Source: an uncultured bacterium
Lineage (GTDB): Bacteria; Desulfobacterota_D; UBA1144; Nemesobacterales; UBA2774
Assembly: GCA_963705505.1 (NCBI GenBank)
Contig: CAVPJU010000010.1
Location: 672,001 to 736,000 of the forward strand
Reading direction: 5' to 3'
DNA: 64,000 nucleotides
Shown piece after piece: positions 19,980-29,043 of this stretch (the stretch's first letter is position 1; each line of letters opens with the position of its first letter). A program made the translations under genes and the position numbers. Under the pieces are notes generated by a model, which was not told the DNA's origin, made no database searches, and saw only the letters and a program-made list of their open reading frames with translations.

Positions 19980-22142
19980 CTATACCCTTTCCCACTCGAG
20001 CATCCTCTCCACGGACCTTACCCCTTCCACCTGTTTTATGGACTTCATGACGCTTTCGAGCTGCTCGAGGTCCGAAACCACCACGTCAAAAGTCCCGACC
20101 GCCGTATCGAAATCGGTCGAATGTATCTCGGCCTTGGATATGTTTATGTCCGATGACGAGAACGAGCTCGTTATATTGGACAGCATCCCCGGACGGTCGG
20201 CGCACATCACGACTATTCTCGCGGGCCTCTGCGGTTTGAAATTCCTGTCCCATTCCACGTCTATGCGCCTCGCGTCGTCCACATCCAATAGCCGGGGACA
20301 GTCGCTCTTGTGAATCGTAATCCCCTTCCCTCTCGTTATATATCCGGTTATCTGTTCGCCGGGCAGCGGCGAGCAGCAGTTGGCGAACCTGATCATGACG
20401 TCGTTGTATCCGCTTATGAGCACGCCGCCTTCACTCGAGCCCGTTATGGTCTCGATGATCCTCTCCATCCTGGATTCTTTCTCCGGCGCCGAGCGTATCT
20501 TGTCCGTCGGAAGCACGCGCTTGAGGACGTCCGTAGCGGAAATCTTCCCGAACCCCACTGCGAGATAGAGCTCTTTCTCGTCCTTGAACTTTAATTCCGT
20601 AAGCGCGTCCGCGAGCTCTCCGCTCTTAAGCATCGACTGGAAGTCGAGCCCGTGCTGCTTGAATTTCCTTTCGCATATGGATTTCCCGACCGATTCGGAC
20701 TGAGTCCTTTCCTCGTTCCGGAGCCACGACCGTATCTTGGTTTTCGCGCGTGAAGTGACGACGAACTTGAGCCAGTCGCGGTTGGGCTGCCTGTCGTTCG
20801 AAGTTACAATTTCGACCGTATCGCCAGTCCTCAGCTGGTGGCTGAGCGGGACGAGCTTGCCGTTGACCATCGCCCTTGTGCACGTGTTGCCGACCTCCGA
20901 ATGCACGGCGTAGGCGAAATCGACGGGCGTCGCGCCGCTCGGGAGCTCCATGAGGTCTCCCTGAGGCGTGAACACGTATACCACGTCCGAGATGAGCTCG
21001 CCCTTGATCGCCTCCATGTATTCCGTCGGGTCTTTTATGTCCTTCCACTCGAGGAGCTGCCTCAGTGTGGAATATATCTCGTAAGTGCCGCTCCCGTCGA
21101 GCCTCCCTTCCTTATATTTCCAATGGGACGCGACACCGTACTCCGCGACCTCGTGCATCGCGCGAGTCCTGATCTGAATCTCCATTCTTTCACCGAAGGG
21201 TCCGATCACGGTCGTATGCAGGGACTGGTAACCGTTCCCCTTGGGGAGCGCTATATAATCCTTAAAACGTCCCGGCACGGGCTTCCACGCGGAGTGAACC
21301 GCACCCAGAGCTTCATAACATTCTCTAAGCGAGTTCGTAATGATCCTGAACGCGATCACGTCGTACACGCTCTCGAACTCGATGTTCTGAGACAGCATTT
21401 TTCTATAAATCCCGTATACGTGCTTGAACCTTCCCGTGACCTCCGCATTTATATCGAACTCGGCGAGCTTATTGCTGACTATGTTCTTAATCTGGTCGAC
21501 GTGATTCTTCCATTCCTTCTTTCTTTCCTCTATCGATGTCGCGAGCCTTTCGTATTCCTCGGGATTGAGAAACCGGAAGGACAGGTCCTCGAGCTCGTTC
21601 GCTACCCAATTTATGCCGAGCCTGTTGGCAAGGGGCGCGTAAATGTCGAACGTTTCCTTGGCGATGCTCTTCTGCCTGCTCTCGGGCAAATACTGGAGTG
21701 TCCGCATATTGTGGAGCCGGTCGGCAAGCTTGATCAGCACGACCCTGATGTCCTTTGCGGTGGCCAGTATAAGCTTTCTGAAACCCTCCGCCTGGCGCTC
21801 GATCTTCGTCGTATAGGGGAGCTGGCTTATTTTGGTGACCCCCTCCACGAGAAAGGCTATCTCGCTACCGAACAGGGTGTCTATCTCCTCGGTGGTGGCA
21901 AGCGTGTCCTCAACCGTATCATGCAGGAGCCCGGTAATAATCGAGGACACATCGAGCTTCATTTCGGCGAGTATTCCGCACACCTCAAGCGGGTGGCTCA
22001 GATAAGGCTCGCCAGAACTCCTCGTCTGTCCCGCGTGGACCTTTGCCGAATAGACGTACGCCTTCTTTAGGAGCTCCACGTCGGCATCCGTCAGATAAAG
22101 ATATGAATTAACACGGTCGATTATGTCGTTTAACCTGATCAT
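19980..22142 (-). CDS. rel: Bifunctional (p)ppGpp synthetase/hydrolase (long RSH)
   Basis: HD domain (LLHDTVEDT), KDYIALPK.NGYQSLHT, TGS and ACT domains. Confidence 0.96.
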   Translation of the reverse strand: MIRLNDIIDRVNSYLYLTDADVELLKKAYVYSAKVHAGQTRSSGEPYLSHPLEVCGILAEMKLDVSSIITGLLHDTVEDTLATTEEIDTLFGSEIAFLVEGVTKISQLPYTTKIERQAEGFRKLILATAKDIRVVLIKLADRLHNMRTLQYLPESRQKSIAKETFDIYAPLANRLGINWVANELEDLSFRFLNPEEYERLATSIEERKKEWKNHVDQIKNIVSNKLAEFDINAEVTGRFKHVYGIYRKMLSQNIEFESVYDVIAFRIITNSLRECYEALGAVHSAWKPVPGRFKDYIALPKGNGYQSLHTTVIGPFGERMEIQIRTRAMHEVAEYGVASHWKYKEGRLDGSGTYEIYSTLRQLLEWKDIKDPTEYMEAIKGELISDVVYVFTPQGDLMELPSGATPVDFAYAVHSEVGNTCTRAMVNGKLVPLSHQLRTGDTVEIVTSNDRQPNRDWLKFVVTSRAKTKIRSWLRNEERTQSESVGKSICERKFKQHGLDFQSMLKSGELADALTELKFKDEKELYLAVGFGKISATDVLKRVLPTDKIRSAPEKESRMERIIETITGSSEGGVLISGYNDVMIRFANCCSPLPGEQITGYITRGKGITIHKSDCPRLLDVDDARRIDVEWDRNFKPQRPARIVVMCADRPGMLSNITSSFSSSDINISKAEIHSTDFDTAVGTFDVVVSDLEQLESVMKSIKQVEGVRSVERMLEWERV

Positions 22143-22147
22143 CGTTC

Positions 22148-22753
22148 TTAAAATTTATAATCTTTCCTGACCCTTTTGATTACCCTGTCTTTTCTGCACC
22201 TCGCAGACTTGATTACCGAGGCCAGACACTCGACAGCTTCGTCTAATTTGTCATTGATAATAATATAATCATAGTTGTCTATGTCTTCCATCTCCTTCCT
22301 GGCATCCGACAGGCGCTTTTCGATTTCTCGTGAATTTTCGCTTTTCCTCTCGATAAGCCTCTTCCTTAAAACTTCAAAGGAAGAAGGCAATACGAAGCAG
22401 TAAACCGCGGAGCCGTACTTCTTCTTTATTTGTCTTGCTCCCTGGACGTCTATATCGAGTATGAGGTCCACGCCGGAGGTTTTCGCATTCTTTAATTCTG
22501 CCATGGGCGTACCGTACATATGGTCATGTACCTTCGCATATTCGGCGAATTCATCCTCCTCGATCATCTTTTGAAACTCGGCTTCGGAGACAAAAACATA
22601 ATCCTTCCCGTTAACTTCGCCCTTTCTCCGCTCCCTCGTCGTACAGGAAACCGAAAACCTGAGGTTGTTCAGATGGTTGAGTATTTTCTTTACCAGTGTG
22701 GTCTTTCCGCCTCCGGAAGGACCCGAAACAATGAAAATCATTCCTTCTCGCAT
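22148..22753 (-). CDS. gmk: Guanylate kinase
   Basis: SGPSGGGKTT, S.TTR..R.GE.NG.DY.F, YGT, LDIDVQGA. Confidence 0.96.
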   Translation of the reverse strand: MREGMIFIVSGPSGGGKTTLVKKILNHLNNLRFSVSCTTRERRKGEVNGKDYVFVSEAEFQKMIEEDEFAEYAKVHDHMYGTPMAELKNAKTSGVDLILDIDVQGARQIKKKYGSAVYCFVLPSSFEVLRKRLIERKSENSREIEKRLSDARKEMEDIDNYDYIIINDKLDEAVECLASVIKSARCRKDRVIKRVRKDYKF

Positions 22754-22844
22754 ATTTTATTCCGTTTTACTTAAAAGTAAGAAACGTATATACAATTGTA
22801 GGTCTATTAAAGATAAATATCAAGTGATTATAGCATCTTGCCGA

Positions 22845-23930
22845 CTAATCTTTATCTCGTTTACTAAGTTCCTCAACCACCCTCTTTACCTCCTGGGACT
22901 TTTCCTTGTTAAGGACCAGGACCCCGTCCTTGGAATCGACGACCACAATATCCCTCACCCCTACGAGCGCAATTACCTTTTCATCACCGAAAACAAGGCA
23001 GCCCGATGAGTCAACAGAAACCCCTTTCCCGTGAAATATGTTGTCGTCTCCATCCTTACGAAGGAACTCGTCCAGAGTCTTCCAGCTGCCTACATCGCTC
23101 CACGGGTAATTTACCGGTACGACGACCGTATTCCGGGAGTGCTCGAGTATAAGCTTATCTATCGAGCCGGGCTCTATGCCTTTATAAAATAAGGATACGG
23201 CGGCCTTCTCGTCAGGCTTTCCCATGCTATTTGACATATTGTCAAAATATTCATACCATCCGGGAAGTATCTTTGAGAATTCTGAGATAATGGATGAAGT
23301 TTTCCATACAAATACCCCGCTGTTCCAGTAATACCCCCCCTCTTTAAGGAAACCGAGCGCCGTTTGTAGATCGGGTTTCTCCGCGAACCTCTTTACTTTG
23401 AGTGCGCGGAAACCGTCAGACGCGGCAATGACTACGTCCCCCGCCTTGATGTACCCGTAACCCGTCTCGGGCATAGTAGGGGTCACGCCGAGAGTGATAA
23501 GAGGATAATCGCCGCTTTCAAGCTTAACGCAGGCGGTATCTCCCGCAAAGCGGAGCACGTCCCTGAACGCTTCGTCATCGCCTAATGCATGGTCGGCGGG
23601 CAGAACGACTGTAACGGGGTCATGAGACAATCCCTTTATCCTGAGAGCGCCGTAAGCGATGCAGGGGGCCGTGTTTTTCCCCTCCGGCTCGAGTACGAGA
23701 TTCTCTTCAGGAAGCTCGGGTATGTGCTTGAGCGTCTCCTCCGCATAACGGCCGACAGTGACAACGAAAACATTCTCGATCGGGATCACGGGCAGAATCC
23801 TGTCCACCGTCTGCCGTATCATCGATTTTTCGCCTGTGAGAGACAGAAACTGCTTGGGCTTATTCCTGCTGCTCAGCGGCCAGAACCTTCTCCCCTCTCC
23901 CCCCGCCATTATCAGTGCGTACATTTCCAT
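22845..23930 (-). CDS. manC: Mannose-1-phosphate guanylyltransferase
   Basis: MAGG.G.RFWPLS...PKQFL, NTAP, PADH, WNSG, WSDVGSW. Confidence 0.92.
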   Translation of the reverse strand: MEMYALIMAGGEGRRFWPLSSRNKPKQFLSLTGEKSMIRQTVDRILPVIPIENVFVVTVGRYAEETLKHIPELPEENLVLEPEGKNTAPCIAYGALRIKGLSHDPVTVVLPADHALGDDEAFRDVLRFAGDTACVKLESGDYPLITLGVTPTMPETGYGYIKAGDVVIAASDGFRALKVKRFAEKPDLQTALGFLKEGGYYWNSGVFVWKTSSIISEFSKILPGWYEYFDNMSNSMGKPDEKAAVSLFYKGIEPGSIDKLILEHSRNTVVVPVNYPWSDVGSWKTLDEFLRKDGDDNIFHGKGVSVDSSGCLVFGDEKVIALVGVRDIVVVDSKDGVLVLNKEKSQEVKRVVEELSKRDKD

Positions 23931-23936
23931 AGCTTA

Positions 23937-23965
23937 ATAGTAATTGGAGTTACGACATTTCTCAA
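23937..23965 (-). promoter_or_regulatory. Sigma70 promoter, probably giving a leaderless manC mRNA
   Basis: TTGAGA-N17-TACTAT-N6-ATG; no SD. Confidence 0.6.
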
Positions 23966-24045
23966 TCTCGGCGGCGGAATAGGGGGAGAACCGATTTAAA
24001 TAATAATTACAGCAGAGCCCGAAGGGTCATATAATTAAGGTCGAT

Positions 24046-24759
24046 ATGAGGGGAGCGCTCATATTTCTGATACTCGGCTTTATATTCGGGATCACCTGCC
24101 CCGCAGGCGCCGTAAAGATCTATCAATGGACCGACGAAAACGGCGTTGTACATGCCGTGGACGACCCGGACAAGGTCCCGCCGGAGTACAGGCGATCGGC
24201 TGATGTAATCGATACGGAGAGCACAGACTTAAAAACCGATGCAACAATTCTGCTCGCAAAGGTAAAATCCTACCGTACTGCGCTCTACTCGGCCGCGGGA
24301 GTGCTCGTGCTGATATTCCTCCTGAGAAAGCTGCACGGCTTTATAAAAACGACGCACAAAAAGAGCGGCAAAGAAAAGTATATGAACGCGTATGGGCTCT
24401 CGGGTGTGGAGAGTATGGATTCGATCGAGCTCAGACGCTACGTCATGGGACTGCTTAAACATAGGGGATACACGATCGTCATCCCGGGAGAATCCATGAA
24501 TCCGGTCGTCGATTTCATAGCCGAAAAAGAAGACTCGAAATACGCCGTCCATGTGTACAATCAGAATAGCAATATCCCGCGTGTTATCGTAAACGATATC
24601 GAAAGGGAAAAAGCGCGCTTTGACTGTAACAGGTCGATGATAATAACAAGGCAATACTGCGATGATGACGCCCGGGAGCTCGGAGTGACTGCCGGCTGTG
24701 CATTAGTGGATAAGAACACACTTGCCCGCTGGATTTACGAATTTCATAAGGAATCCTAA
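24046..24759 (+). CDS. DUF4124 - TM - Mrr-like (degenerate) nuclease-fold protein
   Basis: Signal peptide; IYQWTDENGVVH..DDP..VP.EYR (DUF4124); TM helix; C-terminal pattern of the Mrr catalytic domain. Confidence 0.75.
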   Translation: MRGALIFLILGFIFGITCPAGAVKIYQWTDENGVVHAVDDPDKVPPEYRRSADVIDTESTDLKTDATILLAKVKSYRTALYSAAGVLVLIFLLRKLHGFIKTTHKKSGKEKYMNAYGLSGVESMDSIELRRYVMGLLKHRGYTIVIPGESMNPVVDFIAEKEDSKYAVHVYNQNSNIPRVIVNDIEREKARFDCNRSMIITRQYCDDDARELGVTAGCALVDKNTLARWIYEFHKES

Positions 24760-24774
24760 AGAAGTTCTCCGCCC

Positions 24775-25458
24775 TCAGAATAATCTCATTAAGTCCTCAG
24801 GGCCGATCTCTTTAAGGCTCTCCCTGACCATGTGAGCCTGAGTGAGCTCTTTGGCAGGATATGAGTTCGCTACCGCAAGACATTTCATGCCCGCCGAAAG
24901 GGCCGACTTGATTCCGGAAACAGAATCCTCTATGACGAGACATTCGCCTGACGATATTGCGCCTGCGCCCGGCCTCACGGCGTTTAATCTTTTTAGCACC
25001 TCTATATATACGTCCGGGGCTGGCTTGCAATTCACTATGTCGTCCGCGCTCACGATCACCTCGAAATACTTTTTTATTCCGGCGAAATTAAGAATATGCA
25101 ATATCTCGTCCCTGAGCGCCCCGGAGCCGATAGCAAGTCGGTATTTACCCTCAATCCTGCTTATGAAATCCTTAACCCCGGGAAGGATCTCGATATGACC
25201 TTTTATCAAGTCATCGTAGAACCCGGATTTCCTGTCCATCATCTCCGCGATCAAAACTTCGTCGTGCTTATAACCCCGGTCTTCAAGTACCCTCCTGAAA
25301 AAGGTCTTGTCGTCATAGGCGAGATAATTCGCATAATAATCCTCTTCAGTGAGCGGAATAGCCCGTTCTCCGAGTGTAAGCTGAAACGCGTGGAGATGTA
25401 CGGGCTCGGTATTCGCAATAATGCCGTCGAAATCAAAAATCACCGCTTTTAACACCAT
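24775..25458 (-). CDS. HAD-family phosphatase (beta-PGM/CbbY-like)
   Basis: FDFDG, KPAPD.Y, IEDS..GI.SA..AGM. Confidence 0.92.
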   Translation of the reverse strand: MVLKAVIFDFDGIIANTEPVHLHAFQLTLGERAIPLTEEDYYANYLAYDDKTFFRRVLEDRGYKHDEVLIAEMMDRKSGFYDDLIKGHIEILPGVKDFISRIEGKYRLAIGSGALRDEILHILNFAGIKKYFEVIVSADDIVNCKPAPDVYIEVLKRLNAVRPGAGAISSGECLVIEDSVSGIKSALSAGMKCLAVANSYPAKELTQAHMVRESLKEIGPEDLMRLF

Positions 25459-25775
25459 TTAAGAACTCCGTAATATGAAGTCAGCTGCCTGGCGATTCCT
25501 TCTGCTGATTATGACATAAAAATACCCGTTTATATAAGGTATTAGCACCGGGCATCAATATAGAGCCGTAAGGAAGAGATTATGATAAGCAGCAGATCGG
25601 AGAAAAACTTGCGAAACTTTTCAGGAGATGAATCATCTAAATATAAGTTGGAATCGAGACCGACCCGGTGAATGTCCTGCAGTCCGATTCATGCCGCGTT
25701 GTGCAAACTCAGCAATGCATATTAAAATACGTAGGACCCGTTGTTATAATCGATCAGGGAGGAGGCAGCAATAGG

Positions 25776-26738
25776 ATGGACAAAACAGACGCTATAAGAG
25801 AAACGGTCAGGAATTTTTACTCCAGAGCGGCAGAGTCCCCTGAAGAAAACCTCTGCTGCCCTGGGGGCTACCCCGCCGAAGATACGAGTCATATACCGAG
25901 AGCGGTAATCGACAGGTTCTACGGGTGCGGAAGCCCCGTGGGCCTCGCCGGAATCACCCCCGGCGAAACAGTCATCGACCTAGGATCAGGAGCCGGAATA
26001 GATTGTTTCATAGCGGCTAAAAAGACCGGCCCCGAGGGGAAAATCATCGGCATCGATATGACCGACGAGATGCTTGTAGTTGCAAACGAATGCAGGGGAG
26101 CCGTTTCGAAGAATCTCGGATACGGGAACGTCGAATTCCGGAAAGGGTTTCTCGAGGATATACCGGTCGAGACAAAATCCGCCGACCTTATAACGTCCAA
26201 TTGCGTTATCAACCTTTCCCCGAATAAGAGGAAGGTATTTGCCGAGATGTGGAGGGCGCTCAAAGACCACGGAAGGATCGTAGTTTCAGATATAGTGTCC
26301 GACCGCGAGACGCCCGGCCGCTTAAAAAATGACGAGCGGCTTTTAGGGGAGTGCATCGCGGGCTCGCTTACTGAAAATCAGTTCCTGTCCTACCTGGAGC
26401 AGGCGGGTTTTTACGGTTTGGAGGTGCTCGATAAGGTCTACTGGAAGACAATCGAAAACATCGATTTTTATTCAGTCACGGTCAGGGGCTACAAGTTCCA
26501 AAAAACGACCGGCTGCGTGTATTTAGGCCAGCATGCGGTTTACAAGGGTCCCTTTAAGGTTATCATCGACGAAGAGGGACATGTATTCCCAAGGAATCAG
26601 GCGGTCGAGGTCTGCACAGATACGGCAATGAAACTTTCCCGGCCACCCTATTCCGGTATGTTTACTATAACGGAGACCGACGGAAAGCCCGGATATAACC
26701 GCTGCAATTCATCGGAAGACGGAAGCTGTTGCTGTTGA
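25776..26738 (+). CDS. arsM: Arsenite S-adenosylmethionine methyltransferase (ArsM/AS3MT-like)
   Basis: LCCP, FYGCGSP, DLGSGAG.D, SNCVINLSP, GECIAG, C-terminal CCC. ATG 25776 follows GGAGG. Confidence 0.87.
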   Translation: MDKTDAIRETVRNFYSRAAESPEENLCCPGGYPAEDTSHIPRAVIDRFYGCGSPVGLAGITPGETVIDLGSGAGIDCFIAAKKTGPEGKIIGIDMTDEMLVVANECRGAVSKNLGYGNVEFRKGFLEDIPVETKSADLITSNCVINLSPNKRKVFAEMWRALKDHGRIVVSDIVSDRETPGRLKNDERLLGECIAGSLTENQFLSYLEQAGFYGLEVLDKVYWKTIENIDFYSVTVRGYKFQKTTGCVYLGQHAVYKGPFKVIIDEEGHVFPRNQAVEVCTDTAMKLSRPPYSGMFTITETDGKPGYNRCNSSEDGSCCC

Positions 26739-26763
26739 CACTAATCAATCAAAGGAGGGCAGG

Positions 26764-27099
26764 ATGGATTACTACGACCCGAAGGATCTAAAACGTTTTT
26801 CAGAGATGGGCAAGTTCAGCGAAGAGCTGATGAAGAAGTTTTTCGATTATTACAACTCGGCGACAGGGGAGGAAGGCGCTCTCTCGAAAAGAGAGAAGGC
26901 CCTCATCGCTCTGGCCGTGGCGCACGTTAAAAAATGCCCCTACTGCATCGACGCATACACTACACAGTGTCTCGAAACGGGGTCGAATCCCGAGCAGATG
27001 ACGGAGGCGATACACGTCGCGGCATCGATGGAAGCGGGGATCACATTGATTCACGGTATTCAGATGCATAATGTGCTCGAAAGATCGGGCGCATTATAA
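26764..27099 (+). CDS. AhpD/CMD-family protein (arsenosugar-associated peroxidase-like type)
   Basis: YYDP.DL, KFFDYY, EGALS.REKALIALAVAH, CPYCIDAY. Confidence 0.85.
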   Translation: MDYYDPKDLKRFSEMGKFSEELMKKFFDYYNSATGEEGALSKREKALIALAVAHVKKCPYCIDAYTTQCLETGSNPEQMTEAIHVAASMEAGITLIHGIQMHNVLERSGAL

Positions 27100-27162
27100 G
27101 GTTCGTATATTTGAATTAAAACATATACAGGCAAGCATTCCGAAGCAGATACGGAGCTCCCG

Positions 27163-28200
27163 ATGTCTCAGTCTCAAGCGCTTAAGCGTAAAGAAGAAAT
27201 AACGGTCGCAGATGACGAGGCCAGGTACAACTTCCATAAAACGCTTGAGGAATATAAGCAAAAGCTCCCGCCGCAGCGTATAAGCACGCTCCAGGTGAAC
27301 GTAACCAGGCTCTGCAATCAAGCCTGCGTCCACTGTCATGTCGATGCTTCCCCCAGAAGGACAGAGCAGATGGGTTTAGACACTGTAAACCGCTGCCTCG
27401 AAATTCTCGGGAATCATGACTCGATAGAAACTCTCGATATAACGGGCGGGGCCCCCGAGCTCAATCCCCATTTCGACTACTTTGTCTGCGAGGCAGGGAA
27501 GCTCGGCAAGCATGTCATAATCAGGCATAACCTCACGGTCACCATAGACGGAAACCCCGTAACGGGAGAGAGTAAATCTTACCTCCCGCAGTTTTATGCC
27601 GAGAACGGAGTGGAAGTCATTTCGTCGCTGCCCTATTACGAGGAATACTTCACCGACAAGCAGAGGGGCAAAGGGGCGTTCGAGAAGAGCATCAAATCGA
27701 TTTCACTGCTCAATGCCGAAGGTTACGGTAAAGAAGACACGGGGCTCGTCTTGAATTTCGTTTATAACCCGGTGGGAGCGTTCCTTCCGGCTTCGCAGAA
27801 AAGCCTCGAAGCCGATTTCAGGAGGGAGCTCAAGAGGAAATACGGAATCGTATTCAATAAGCTCTACACCATAACGAACATGCCTATAAACCGGTTCAAG
27901 CTGCTGCTGAAACGGCTGGGGGCTTATGACGAGTACATGACGAAGCTGGTAAACGCGTACAACCCCGCCGCCGCCGAGGGGGTAATGTGCCGGTCGCTCA
28001 TAAGCGTAGGTTATGACGGCAGAGTCTATGATTGCGATTTTAACCAGATGCTCGAAATGGAGGTCACGAAAAAAGGCGAGCCCATGACCGTTTTTAATTT
28101 CGATTACGAGAGCCTCCTTAACCGGAGGATATTATTCGCTTCGCACTGTTACGGGTGCACGGCGGGCCCGGGCAGCAGCTGCGGGGGGTCGACGGCGTAA
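27163..28200 (+). CDS. arsS: Radical SAM protein ArsS (arsenosugar biosynthesis family)
   Basis: TLQVN..LCNQACVHCHVDA (CxxxCxxC), DITGGAPELNP, NMPI.RF, YDCDFNQM, HCYGCTAG.GSSCGG. Confidence 0.9.
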   Translation: MSQSQALKRKEEITVADDEARYNFHKTLEEYKQKLPPQRISTLQVNVTRLCNQACVHCHVDASPRRTEQMGLDTVNRCLEILGNHDSIETLDITGGAPELNPHFDYFVCEAGKLGKHVIIRHNLTVTIDGNPVTGESKSYLPQFYAENGVEVISSLPYYEEYFTDKQRGKGAFEKSIKSISLLNAEGYGKEDTGLVLNFVYNPVGAFLPASQKSLEADFRRELKRKYGIVFNKLYTITNMPINRFKLLLKRLGAYDEYMTKLVNAYNPAAAEGVMCRSLISVGYDGRVYDCDFNQMLEMEVTKKGEPMTVFNFDYESLLNRRILFASHCYGCTAGPGSSCGGSTA

Positions 28201-28238
28201 ATTCCTATGAGAAAGAGCATCGGCGGTGCGATAATCCC

Positions 28239-28871
28239 ATGAGGGGTGTTCCCGAAAAAAGCACACTCATCATTTTTGCCAAATACCCCGAGCCCGGGAA
28301 GGTCAAGTCAAGAATCGCGAGCGAACTGGGGGCGGAGAGGGCGGCCGAGGTCTATTCCCGCATTGCAAAGGCAGTTATAGAAAAGGTATCAACGTCCGAC
28401 ACTCACAGAACTATAATTTTTTACGACCCGCCCGAAAGGGAAAACGAGATAAAACTGTGGCTAGGAATTAACAAGCATTCGTTTGAGCGCCAGTCGGGAA
28501 GCACAATCGGAGAAAAGATGTCGAACTCTTTCCGTGCCGTATTTTCGAGGGGCGCGGAAAAAGCTGTCTTAATCGGGACGGACATTCCCGAAATCACAGC
28601 CGGTACCGTAAACGCCGCATTCGGCCTGCTCGATGAAACGGATGTCGTGCTTGGCCCGGCAGAGGACGGGGGGTATTACCTGATGGGGTTAAGAAATTCC
28701 GAGCCCCTGCTATTCAGGGACATCGAGTGGAGTACGAACCTGGTGCTCAGCCAAACGATCGACCGCATAAAAGAGAGAAAACTTAGTTATAATCTGCTTC
28801 AAACATTGAAAGATGTCGATACGGCGGGAGATATCGATCAGGACCTCGTCGCTGCACTAAAATTAAAATAG
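28239..28871 (+). CDS. DUF2064/TIGR04282-type glycosyltransferase-like protein
   Basis: IFAKYPEPGKVKSR, IGTDIP, LGPAEDGGYYL.G, I.WST, DVDT..D. Start 28239 preferred over 28155. Confidence 0.87.
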   Translation: MRGVPEKSTLIIFAKYPEPGKVKSRIASELGAERAAEVYSRIAKAVIEKVSTSDTHRTIIFYDPPERENEIKLWLGINKHSFERQSGSTIGEKMSNSFRAVFSRGAEKAVLIGTDIPEITAGTVNAAFGLLDETDVVLGPAEDGGYYLMGLRNSEPLLFRDIEWSTNLVLSQTIDRIKERKLSYNLLQTLKDVDTAGDIDQDLVAALKLK

Positions 28872-29043
28872 GAAATTTCATTTCCGTGGGTCTGGCGACG
28901 ACCCGAGGGAACTCCTGATCCCGGTCCTGCCTGAATCCAATCGAGGCCGGGCTCCGTATTCTGCTCTATGCCTCACAGAAAAAATGAATGGTATATTATT
29001 TAGGATTCTTTATTATATAGTCCGTTGAGCCCGGGGAGATATC

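Noticed and set aside
26727..26744. arsM ends TGT TGC TGT TGA; possible selenocysteine
   Set aside because: Cys-rich C-termini are normal for ArsM; only CAC TAA follows and no SECIS-like hairpin is visible
28170..28200. Selenocysteine form of ArsS (SSUGG)
   Set aside because: The codon is TGC, so this is the Cys form
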